Assembly (NCBI GenBank): GCA_910583995.1
Contig: CAJTYW010000003.1
Span: 80,492 to 144,491 of the forward strand
Source of the DNA: an uncultured Christensenella sp.
GTDB taxonomy: Bacteria; Bacillota; Clostridia; Christensenellales; UBA3700
Reading direction: 5' to 3'
Length of the DNA stretch: 64,000 bases
Positions within the stretch are counted from its first letter, which is position 1, and every line of letters starts with the position of its first letter. The notes beneath the pieces were generated by a model. It did no database searches. It saw only the letters and a program-made list of their open reading frames with translations, and was not told the origin of the DNA. Both the position numbers and the translations under genes were made by a program. Shown here piece by piece: positions 48,201 to 56,369 of this stretch.

Positions 48201-49013
48201 TATAAATGACATATCGCCGTTAGTTAAATCATTATAACCTTGTTGTTCATTGCCTGCACTGGCTTTTACAAAGTCATTGTATTTTTCTTCTGCGGTTTTG
48301 CCACCTTCGTCGTCTTTAACTTCGCTTACAACTACATTATCAAAGAAGGCATAGCCGTTAGAAAGTTTATTATCCTTTTTACCATCTTTACCATTTGACA
48401 AAACTACACTAATAGAATTGCTTGAAAGGTTAGATGTTTTTAGCATAACTGTAAATGTTTGCCAGCTACCACCTGTTTTAATTCTTTCAAATTCAACAAA
48501 TGCGTCGCCACCAACTTTAATATAAGCACCATAGCTATCTTCAGTAAGCTTGTCTGTTTTTACAGAAATTTTAATTTCAAAATACTTGTTTGCATTTAAA
48601 CTGAAATTGCTTGATGTATATTTGTAAGAGTTATCCTTTTTGTTGTAAATCATAAGGATATTTGTATCTGTTGTTGCAACAGCACCTGGATTAGGTAGTC
48701 TGTTCCAGATTTTCTTATTTTTATCATAAGCTGTTTTTTCAGTGTCGATAACACCTGCTACCAAAGAATCGTCGTCAGTATCAGTAGAATTGCCTGAAGA
48801 AGTACTTCCTGCAGAGCCTGTCCAACTGCCGGGGATTTTTGGGAAGGCGTCAGATGTAGTCACTTCAAAGTTACCATTAGCGATAAATTCACTTGTGTCT
48901 TTTACTTCCCCTACTGCATCATCATCTTTGTCGCACGCAATAAGTGTAGTTAACATTGTAATGCACAAAATGATTATCAATAGAACTGTCAAAAATTTGT
49001 ATTTTTTGTTCAT
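45294..49013 (-). CDS. Giant surface lipoprotein with about 6 tandem CBM-like beta-sandwich modules and a C-terminal TM anchor
   Basis: Lipobox LIAC after an N-terminal signal. Recurrent ~190-aa module (..W.G.....AGV......N.L.I.N......Y.S....L....YY..S.WV.......A.I.L........W..Y.F...........LG......G..FFD). C-terminal TM ITTGIIGLLLIIVVVIFAL plus basic tail. Confidence 0.75.
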   Translation of the reverse strand: MNKKYKFLTVLLIIILCITMLTTLIACDKDDDAVGEVKDTSEFIANGNFEVTTSDAFPKIPGSWTGSAGSTSSGNSTDTDDDSLVAGVIDTEKTAYDKNKKIWNRLPNPGAVATTDTNILMIYNKKDNSYKYTSSNFSLNANKYFEIKISVKTDKLTEDSYGAYIKVGGDAFVEFERIKTGGSWQTFTVMLKTSNLSSNSISVVLSNGKDGKKDNKLSNGYAFFDNVVVSEVKDDEGGKTAEEKYNDFVKASAGNEQQGYNDLTNGDMSFINISGTEQPFTARKWTGVSSTGENGDTAPSSTDYLVRGVIDKNAIGIPTIAENVNPKGNDSKFLMLNNIKATAYGYRSDNRLKISAGNYYKLTVWVQTKNIEQNGAYVMLKTSTDKNEQIKSIDNIVSADGEWKAVTFFIQGDQKRTKEIYVQVGLGKGGKNHSDNAIGAAFFDEITLETITEDEYKNADEAYQANLESTLGENLLDSTIITNPNNYEQSTYDKHDGIPNSYRGELTSSNQVITLENKKPSITKYKYKNLITIEANNHYRLSFKVKTELIDENKGVEIILYKKVRDGKDTEITKISEFNSEGLEDDDIDSDGYIEFAFLIQGDLKETSEIYYEIVMGSGSNLTPDTLVKGKVSIKDFEMYKVNYSDYNSESSGDYVKKHSFKSESLNISNAEFNQVDISATKTEYDDFDEKDFLDKNTKATFGLPLSWTTSSKEYLKDLYAGVYNVNNTYQKGLLKVNDIMAGWNSQVAQNNDNVLVISTQKALESQIDKPWGFTSPSISLSKGKYYELSVWAYLYEGTTATINLQSSSKTNIESFTITADTTGWDEYKFYINAGFDNSTVYLQLKLGDNQDSISSGTVFFDRPSFNEITNKDLYEKLIKNLNEKTEIATTFSTTTFDNSTDNSDDKKLDTPDGWTGSHADTDAPDGEGKSIAGVFNRDHSSSGWFGGEYEEGKTNKGIDFDKILEIMNTAPHFNFTNYQESIEGSSNSNVLVIHNNAKSEYTYTTTLAENSLTENKYYEISLYVLTYEIQDKNATIQLKLHNSTYEFSSNDARGIKVNTNGAWKKYSFFVATQDNADIDNVELSVSLGTSGEDNYVSGYLFVDNVAISEITEDRFNEQVPEDKYPASGDDESKFEFDKTVTEYKHRIVFTEDDLNKDPEEEKVKDLDPLLWLYITTGIIGLLLIIVVVIFALKKFNVFDKFSRKGNFNEKGTETYNRNRVDYNKANAQKRDINQKHQD

Positions 49014-49334
49014 TTTACCACCTTTGTCTAATATTACTATTATTATATTTGATAAATAATCGTTTATTATTATATACTATTATTAAAAATAATGCAATAG
49101 TTTATAAGTATTTTTTTGTTTTATTTTCATTAATAACTGAAACTAACGATTGCTTTTAGAAATTTTATGTCGATTATTTTTTGCGTCCAACTATTGTGGT
49201 AATCCATTGTTTTACAAAATAGTATCGATTTTTTTAAGCTTTTAATTAAAATCAATTAACAAAATTTCTTGTTATTTTACAAAAAATTATCTGTTAAAAT
49301 TAATATTTTTTGATAAAATCCACATATTAAAATT

Positions 49335-49727
49335 ATGAGAGTAGAGCAAAAAATAAAGAAAAATAGCAAATTAAAATTTGTATTTGTGTCCATTGCAAGT
49401 AGTTTTGTAGGTTTAATTAATGGATTGTTAGGGGCAGGTGGTGGTTCGCTTGTTGTACCACTTTATGAGTCGGGTATGGATTTGGAAGCAAAAAAATCTC
49501 ACGCTACGGCAATTGCAACAATGTTGCCTACTTGTATAGTTAGCGGAATTATATATTTGTTAGGCGGTAACTTTGATTGGCTCAGTGGTGGAGTGATAAC
49601 TGCAGGTGTAATCATTGGCGGAATTATCGGTTCAATTTTGCTTAAATTTATAAAAAATGATTTTCTGTCATTGGTGTTTTATTTTATTATGATATATGCG
49701 GGAATAAAACTTTTGCTACCAAGTTAA
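49335..49727 (+). CDS. Half-size (4-TM) TSUP/TauE-SafE family membrane protein
   Basis: GLLGAGGGSLVVPL motif, four hydrophobic segments, 130 aa. Confidence 0.7.
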   Translation: MRVEQKIKKNSKLKFVFVSIASSFVGLINGLLGAGGGSLVVPLYESGMDLEAKKSHATAIATMLPTCIVSGIIYLLGGNFDWLSGGVITAGVIIGGIIGSILLKFIKNDFLSLVFYFIMIYAGIKLLLPS

Positions 49728-49915
49728 AAGCTGACATTACAATTGTGGATTTTATTGTTTATCGCAATAACAACTCGTGTTATTAGCTATGTTTTGAAAA
49801 CTTATAAATACTAAAATTGTAAAATAATGTCGATTTTCTACTTGCTTTATTAAAAAGAAAGTAGAAAATTGACAAGTTTAAAGGTTTAAAATTACATATT
49901 TAAAGGGGGAATATA

Positions 49916-50353
49916 ATGGAGTACTTACTTTACATTTTATTTGGTGCATTAGGCGGATTAATAGGTGGTATGGGAATGGGTGGTGGTACAATACTAATAC
50001 CGCTACTTACTTTGTTTTTAGATATACCGCAATTGCAAGCTCAAACGATAAATTTGATTTCTTTTATACCAATGGCAGTTGTTTCGCTTATCATTCATAT
50101 TAAAAACAAACTTGTAGACTTTGGGGCACTTTTTAAGGTTTTACCATTCGCTTTGGGATTTAGTATAATAAGTTCATTTTTTGCTTTAAAAATCAATAGT
50201 GGCGTTTTAAGGACGATTTTCGGCGTGTTTATGTTGATTATCGGTTGTATTTTTATGATAAAAACTTTAAAAAACTATTTATTCAGGTATTTTTCTAGCC
50301 ATAAAAACGCTAATTTAATTACCAAAATCAAACTTTTGGTTAAGGTAAAATAA
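49916..50353 (+). CDS. Half-size (4-TM) TSUP/TauE-SafE family membrane protein
   Basis: RBS AGGGGG. GGMGMGGGTILIPLL motif, four hydrophobic segments, 145 aa. Confidence 0.7.
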   Translation: MEYLLYILFGALGGLIGGMGMGGGTILIPLLTLFLDIPQLQAQTINLISFIPMAVVSLIIHIKNKLVDFGALFKVLPFALGFSIISSFFALKINSGVLRTIFGVFMLIIGCIFMIKTLKNYLFRYFSSHKNANLITKIKLLVKVK

Positions 50354-50577
50354 AATTAATGTAAAATTTTTATATTTAGTGTAGATTTTTATATTATTAT
50401 GTGTTATAATGGGGCTATAGAAAATATAGAAAAGTTTTAATTATTTGTTTTAAGGTGTCTGACTCAGTTGTGTGCGATTAAAACAAATAAATGTTTTAAT
50501 CAAATTACAAAAGTTTAAAAGTGCAAATGTTTTTTGTTAATATTTGTACAATCAGCATTTTAATGCGAAGGAGTTTT

Positions 50578-52092
50578 ATGGAGAGAATAGGAATAATTGA
50601 CCTTGGCTCTAATTCTGCAAGATTGGTTTTGGTAAATGTTCACGAAGGCGGTTATTTTGCTGTATTCGACGAGCTTAAAGAGTCAGTAAGACTTGCTCAA
50701 GGTATGGACGAAGATGGTGTATTAAGTCCTGCAAGAGTTGAACAAACTATAAAAACATTGCAAATGTTTAGGCGTTTGTGTGATTCTAACAAAGTTAGCA
50801 GAATTTATGCTTATGCAACAGCCGCTGTTAGAAATGCAAAAAATCAACACAGCTTTTTGGCAGAAGTACAATTGAAATGTGGTTTCAAATTGGAAATATT
50901 AGATGACGAGCAAGAAGCTCAAATGGTTTATCAAGGCGTAATAAACAGTATGGATATTCCTAGGGGCTTGATTATGGATATTGGCGGTGGCAGTACACAG
51001 TTGATATACTACAACCGCAAAAATATTTTGGGACACGCAACTATTCCTTATGGTGCTGTTACATTGACAGAAAAATTCAGAACTGTTACATATAGACCGC
51101 AAGAGCGTGCTGAAAAAATAAAAGCCTTTTTCCTTGAAGAATTGGATAAAGTTGAATTTTTAAAAGAAATTGAGCCTGAAGTTAGATTTATAGGTGTCGG
51201 GGGTTCTTTTAGAAATGTAGGTAAAATTAGCCGTATGCTTAGAAAGTATCCACTTAATATGTTACATAACTATGTGGTACCATCTAGTGAGTTTAATAGC
51301 ATTTACAACAATATAAAATCACTTGATTTGGATAAAACTATGAAAATTAAAGGTTTGTCCAGTGTGCGTGCGGATATATTCCCATCAGCTTTAGCTGCAG
51401 TAAGTGCGGTATTTGAAAAATTGAACTTTAACGATGTTACTATTTCAGGTTGTGGTCTTCGTGAAGGTGCAATGTTTAAAATTGCTGTGCCTTCAACTAA
51501 TGACAAACCAATTAGTGATGTTTTAGGTCATAGCTTATACACAACTTTAAATTTTTATCAAGAAAATATCGGACACGCAGAGCAAGTTTACAATTTGTCT
51601 GTACAACTATTTAAGCAATTAAGAGTTTTGCATAAATTGCCACGTGCTTATGTGAAAGTGTTAAGAGTTGCGGCAATGCTTCACGATACTGGTAATAAGA
51701 TTAAGTATTATGACCACCATAAACATAGCGCTTACATAATTTTACACAGCAATCTTTATGGTATATCTCACAAAGACTTGGTTATGAGTGCAATGGTTGC
51801 AAGTATGCACAGAAAAGGCGAACTTGATGCAAGTACTTTTATGAAATACAGAGATATGATTACAGAAGAAGATTTGTATGCAGTTTTAAAACTTGGTGTG
51901 ATTGTGAGAATTGCAGAGTCACTTGACAGGTCAATGGATAGCGTTATTAAGGAAATCAATTGCGATGTCTTGGGTGATAGCGTAATTATGAAAACAGAAG
52001 CAGTTGGCGATTGTTCATTAGAAATTAAAAACGCTTTGTCTGCAACTGCGGAATTTAAAAAGCACTTTAATAAAAACTTGCAAATTTTATAA
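50578..52092 (+). CDS. Ppx/GppA-family phosphatase (exopolyphosphatase) with C-terminal HD domain
   Basis: ATG after AGGAG. IGIIDLGSNSARLVL, DIGGGSTQ, C-terminal LHDTG HD motif. Confidence 0.85.
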   Translation: MERIGIIDLGSNSARLVLVNVHEGGYFAVFDELKESVRLAQGMDEDGVLSPARVEQTIKTLQMFRRLCDSNKVSRIYAYATAAVRNAKNQHSFLAEVQLKCGFKLEILDDEQEAQMVYQGVINSMDIPRGLIMDIGGGSTQLIYYNRKNILGHATIPYGAVTLTEKFRTVTYRPQERAEKIKAFFLEELDKVEFLKEIEPEVRFIGVGGSFRNVGKISRMLRKYPLNMLHNYVVPSSEFNSIYNNIKSLDLDKTMKIKGLSSVRADIFPSALAAVSAVFEKLNFNDVTISGCGLREGAMFKIAVPSTNDKPISDVLGHSLYTTLNFYQENIGHAEQVYNLSVQLFKQLRVLHKLPRAYVKVLRVAAMLHDTGNKIKYYDHHKHSAYIILHSNLYGISHKDLVMSAMVASMHRKGELDASTFMKYRDMITEEDLYAVLKLGVIVRIAESLDRSMDSVIKEINCDVLGDSVIMKTEAVGDCSLEIKNALSATAEFKKHFNKNLQIL

Positions 52093-52111
52093 TTTTAAAT
52101 AAAAATAAAAA

Positions 52112-52139
52112 AAGGTAGCTTATGGTAGCTGCCTTTTTT
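52112..52139 (+). terminator. Intrinsic terminator after the ppx-like gene
   Basis: Stem AAGGTAGCT / AGCTGCCTT followed by a T-run. Confidence 0.75.
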
Positions 52140-52336
52140 GTGTGTAATATTGGTTAAAAATTTCGTACTAAAATTATTTAAAATTTAATATGTAAGTATA
52201 ACTTGTTTTTAGCTTGCAAATTTTATTAATTTTAAAACTTGTAAAGAACTATAGGAAATCAAAAATTTATTTTGCATTTACTGACATAAAAACACATTAA
52301 CTTTTTTGTAAACATTTTTAAATGATGCAAAAAACA

Positions 52337-52377
52337 ATAAAAAACTATTATCTACAATGTGTGGATAATAGTTTTTA
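52337..52377. terminator. Bidirectional hairpin terminator in the long ppx / 235-aa intergenic region
   Basis: 10-bp stem AACTATTATC / GATAATAGTT flanked by A- and T-runs. Confidence 0.55.
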
Positions 52378-52555
52378 TAAAATTTAGTATATTGGCTATA
52401 AAAATATTAAAATATATTAGTGAATGCAGATATAATCATATTTATTTATAATAAAAATTTTAACTATAAAAGAGTAGTCAGTTTAAAATACACCAATAAA
52501 ATGCAAAATCTACAATATGTAGATATGCTCATATCGTGATATCTGCATTTGATGA

Positions 52556-53263
52556 CTAATTGATTTCTCTTCTTAATTGTTTAAGTTTTATATATGTGTA
52601 AATCTTTTTTATCTGTTCGGGAGTAAGCTTTGTTGTTGTAATCTTTTGACCCGGCGTGTAAGTAGTAATATCGCTGTTTTTTATTTCGGATAATCTACTT
52701 GTTATATCGGTTATATTATGTACGCTATTTATGTTGTCGCCTGTCTCTTCAGTTGCAAGTAAGCTTTCGCTTGTTTCCAGTAAATCGCTATCTGCCATTA
52801 TATCCGTTTGTGTAACTGTATTGTTTTGACTGATATTGCTATAATATGCTTGATTTTGCTTAACTGAAAAATCAATATTATGTATTGTTGAGATTGTTTC
52901 CGCTTGTCTTAAACTTGTTGGCATAATTTTTGAGTAATTGACTTGCATATCATTTAGTTTGTTAAACAAAAACTCACTTTCAAATTCCCCACACAAGATA
53001 TAAACTTGTAAATAATTGTTTTTGGCACATAATTCTATTGTATCTAATGCTTGCGGAATATCCAGTGCAACTTTTTTTCTGCTACCATTGTAATTATGTA
53101 TTATTTCATTGTTTACAAAAGGCAACTTATTGTGTTTTTGCTCAATATAGTTATAAATGTGTATTTCAAGATTATCACTTGGAATATTTTCAATCAAGTG
53201 GGAATAACTCTGAGTATTCAGTCTTGTTGTGTTTAAATCAATAGTCAAAAGATAATTGTGCAA
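52556..53263 (-). CDS. Hypothetical protein, co-oriented and abutting ogg
   Basis: 235-aa ORF starting 3 nt after the ogg stop. No family recognised. Confidence 0.55.
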   Translation of the reverse strand: MHNYLLTIDLNTTRLNTQSYSHLIENIPSDNLEIHIYNYIEQKHNKLPFVNNEIIHNYNGSRKKVALDIPQALDTIELCAKNNYLQVYILCGEFESEFLFNKLNDMQVNYSKIMPTSLRQAETISTIHNIDFSVKQNQAYYSNISQNNTVTQTDIMADSDLLETSESLLATEETGDNINSVHNITDITSRLSEIKNSDITTYTPGQKITTTKLTPEQIKKIYTYIKLKQLRREIN

Positions 53264-53265
53264 AA

Positions 53266-54066
53266 TTACTCCTTATTTTCTTCCCGTTTGTTATAAAACA
53301 GATATTGCTGTGCGTATCCTGCGTTTTCTCCGTACAATTTAATAAGATTTTCTCTCATAATTTTAGGAGAAGGGTATTCATTAAATAAATCTTGATATAT
53401 TTTTTTTACCCAAGTATCTACAGGAAATACGTCCATTTTGTGATATCCAAATAATAGTATGCAGTCTGCAACTTTAGGTCCTACGCCCACAAGATTGTCG
53501 CATAAATATTTATTTGCTTCATATCCGTTTACTTGATTAGGAAAAGATAAATTTATTTGATTTTCAGCAAGAGTTTTAATAGACTTTTCAAGATAAGATG
53601 CTCTATAACCGCAACCCATTGCTTTAAAGTCACTTTCCTTAATAGCTGATAGTTCCGCTAAAGTAGGAAATTTCCCATTAGGTGCTATTCTGTTTAAAAT
53701 ACCTTGTATCCTTGGAATATTATTGTTTGCGGAAATTATAAAACTAATTATTGTTTCCAAAATATCTTGTCTTAAAATTCTTATTCCGTAGCCGTATTTA
53801 ATTGCACTATCCATCATAGGCAAACCTTTTAGTTCTTCCTTTATTTTGGAATAATCGCAATTTAAATCAAAATAGTTTTCAAAATAATCTCTATCTTCGT
53901 TTTCAATAATTATTTCGTCTTTATTTTGATAAAGTACAGCTTTTTTATCCAAAGAATACACTTCGGCATAAGTATCATTTATAGTGAATCGAAAAAGTTG
54001 TCCGCACTCTAATGTTTGTTTAATATTAAAATCTTTTGCTTCAGTTATTATAGTATTATTTTGCAT
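53266..54066 (-). CDS. ogg: 8-oxoguanine DNA glycosylase (Ogg, HhH-GPD superfamily)
   Basis: LECGQLFRF N-terminal motif, HhH-GPD GVGPKVADCILLFGYHKMDVFPVDTWV. Start taken at MQNN (the tracked start at 54108 is 14 codons upstream). Confidence 0.8.
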   Translation of the reverse strand: MQNNTIITEAKDFNIKQTLECGQLFRFTINDTYAEVYSLDKKAVLYQNKDEIIIENEDRDYFENYFDLNCDYSKIKEELKGLPMMDSAIKYGYGIRILRQDILETIISFIISANNNIPRIQGILNRIAPNGKFPTLAELSAIKESDFKAMGCGYRASYLEKSIKTLAENQINLSFPNQVNGYEANKYLCDNLVGVGPKVADCILLFGYHKMDVFPVDTWVKKIYQDLFNEYPSPKIMRENLIKLYGENAGYAQQYLFYNKREENKE

Positions 54067-54143
54067 AATATTTTTACCTTTTGTGTCGAAATTTTGTATG
54101 TAGTACAAAAAAGAACAATTAATATTGTCAAAATTTGTACTTT

Positions 54144-54437
54144 TTTATAATATCGGAAGTTATCGCAAAGCGGGGCGAAGCCACATTTTGCAGTAACTGA
54201 CGATTTCTCAAACTAGAAGTGCTTGCGACAGCAAGTATATTGTGTTAGCAATATGAAATTTTAATGGCAATTAAAATTCACTTCTTTTAGTTTATATTAT
54301 CGGAAGCTGTAGTCAAGCGACACGAAGTGGCATTTGACATCAGCGAGTGTTAATTCAAATTAGAAGTACTTGCGACAGCAAGTTTATTGTGTTAGCAATA
54401 TGAAATTTTAATGGCAATTAAAATTTACTTCCTATAA
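54144..54437 (+). repeat. Tandem duplication (2 x 147 nt) of a highly structured element; candidate ncRNA or cis-regulatory RNA of unknown class
   Basis: Exact 147-nt register. 3' 71-nt modules are nearly identical. 5' modules are diverged but show compensatory stem changes. G-U pairs favour + strand RNA. Confidence 0.7.
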
Positions 54438-54526
54438 TTTGTATTATATAATATTTACATATTTTTTGCAACAATTGGTTGACAAGTGTTAAAGAAAATG
54501 TTAATTTTAACAAGAGGATAATGAAA

Positions 54527-56068
54527 ATGAGTGAAATGGTTGCTGAAAATAGTGTGAAAGAGAATAAATTAGGAGTTATGCCAATCCCAAAATTGCTGGC
54601 AAAAATGTCTTTGCCGGCTATTTTTTCTATGCTTATAATGTCAATGTATAACATTGTTGACAGTTTATTTATTGCAAAATCAAGTATATATGCTTTGGGA
54701 GCATTGAATCTTGCTTTTCCGTTGCAACAAATTATGCTTGCATTTGCACTTGGCGTTGGTGTAGGTACTAGCACTATAGTTGCAAGAAGGCTTGGCGAGA
54801 AAAATAAAAATCAAGCGGACAAACTTGCTCAAAACGGCTTGAAAATTGCTATTGTTACTACTGTACTTTTTATGATTTTAGGTAGTTTTTTGCCTAATTT
54901 ATTTATGAAAATATTTACTCAAGATAAAACAATTATTACAATGGGTACACAATATTTGACAATTTGTATGGTATGTTGCTTTGGTATGATGATAGAAATT
55001 TTGGTTTCCAAAATTTTGCAAGCAACTGGAAATATGATAATTCCAATGCTTTCTCAATTGTTGGGTGCTGTAATAAATATTATATTTGACCCTATTTTTA
55101 TTTTTGTTTGCGATTTAGGTATTATAGGTGCGGGAATTGCTACGGTAATGGGGCAGATAATCAGTATGATATTCGTTTTGGTTTTGGCATCAAAAAGAAG
55201 ACACGTAATTGATTTAATGTTTAAAATTAAGCATCCTAAAGATATATTAATAAGTCTTAAGTGTTTTAAAGAAATTGTTCGTATAGGTTTGCCTGTATTG
55301 ATTATGAATGCAGTGACAGGTATTATTGTTATAATAATGAATAAAATAATCGGCGGTTACAGCAGTCAAGCTACAAATGCTTTGGGCGTTTATTTTAAAT
55401 TGCAGTCATTTGTATTTATGCCTGTTTTTGGACTTAATCAAGGTGCTTTGCCTATTATGTCTTTCAACTTTGGTGCAAATCAAGAAAAAAGATATAGGCA
55501 AACTTTCTTGCTATCCCTTGCCGTAAGTTTGGTTATTATGGTTATAGGTGTTTTGATTTTCCAATTGTGTCCGGAATGGTTGATTTCATTGTTTGAAAAT
55601 AGCAGTAGTGAAACGCAAATTGCAGAGTATAATGAACTTGTGGCAGTAGGAACAGTGACTTTGCGAGTAATAAGTTGGAGTTTCTTGTTTGCAGCAGTAA
55701 ATATTATTGTTACAACAGGCTATCAATCCATAGGTTACGGAGTGACTTCGCTAATAATGTCACTTTTAAGACAAGTTATATTTATTTTGCCACTTGCAAT
55801 ATTGTTCGGTAAATTTTGGGGGCTTGACATTTTGTGGTGGAGTTATCCTATTTCAGATATACTGGTTATGGTTATATTTACACCTTATTACTTCTTTGCG
55901 TACAAAAAAGCTTTTGCAAAGCGAATAAAAAATAATCAACAATCAAGTGAAGAAATAGCTAATCAAAATAGTGAAGTGATACAAGAAAATGTAGAAAAAC
56001 AGATTGTGGACCAAGGCGAATATGCTTTGCCTGTCGCATCAACTATGGATAATGAAGGTGAAGAATAA
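54527..56068 (+). CDS. MATE-family efflux transporter with acidic C-terminal extension
   Basis: ATG 8 nt after AGAGGA. 12-TM MATE pattern (PAIFSMLIMSMYNIVDSLFI..., GLNQGALPIMSFNFGA). Confidence 0.85.
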   Translation: MSEMVAENSVKENKLGVMPIPKLLAKMSLPAIFSMLIMSMYNIVDSLFIAKSSIYALGALNLAFPLQQIMLAFALGVGVGTSTIVARRLGEKNKNQADKLAQNGLKIAIVTTVLFMILGSFLPNLFMKIFTQDKTIITMGTQYLTICMVCCFGMMIEILVSKILQATGNMIIPMLSQLLGAVINIIFDPIFIFVCDLGIIGAGIATVMGQIISMIFVLVLASKRRHVIDLMFKIKHPKDILISLKCFKEIVRIGLPVLIMNAVTGIIVIIMNKIIGGYSSQATNALGVYFKLQSFVFMPVFGLNQGALPIMSFNFGANQEKRYRQTFLLSLAVSLVIMVIGVLIFQLCPEWLISLFENSSSETQIAEYNELVAVGTVTLRVISWSFLFAAVNIIVTTGYQSIGYGVTSLIMSLLRQVIFILPLAILFGKFWGLDILWWSYPISDILVMVIFTPYYFFAYKKAFAKRIKNNQQSSEEIANQNSEVIQENVEKQIVDQGEYALPVASTMDNEGEE

Positions 56069-56113
56069 AAATTTTTAAAAATTAAATGATTGATTATCGC
56101 ATATCAAATTAAG

Positions 56114-56147
56114 TTATCCCACAGCAAAAATGCTGTGGGATATTTAT
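56114..56147 (+). terminator. Probable terminator after the MATE gene
   Basis: Stem ATCCCACAGC / GCTGTGGGAT with a weak T-tract. Confidence 0.55.
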
Positions 56148-56369
56148 ATGAAATAAAAGTAGTTTTTGTAACATTTTAATTATGATTAAAATATTATTAA
56201 TATAGTAATCATTACTACTTTTATGTTTAAAAATTGATAACGAATATTAGTTTTATTTTTTATAAATTAATAATCATTACTATTTTTAACAAAGCACTTT
56301 AGACATAAGGATAATTTATATATTTATATAAATATAAGCTTAAAAAGTGCGTATCGTTTAGTATTTTAC

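Noticed and set aside
54084-54090. Third perfect 0A-box heptamer (TGTCGAA), just upstream of the ogg start
   Set aside because: From base composition I expect several chance occurrences of this 7-mer per 64 kb on both strands. Without a scan and a background model, the three intergenic hits cannot be called a regulon.
54215-54285. tRNA-like cloverleaf (7-bp closing helix plus three hairpins, 71 nt), present twice
   Set aside because: It has no T-loop (GTTCRANYC) or D-loop conserved bases, no 7-nt anticodon loop, no variable region and no spacing nucleotides at the junctions. It is not a tRNA gene.
54144-54437. CRISPR-like repeat
   Set aside because: There are only two copies with 147-nt units, no spacer/repeat alternation and no cas genes in the window.
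54418-54774. 118-aa minus-strand ORF
   Set aside because: It is antisense to the MATE gene start and overlaps the end of repeat copy 2, so it is a shadow frame.
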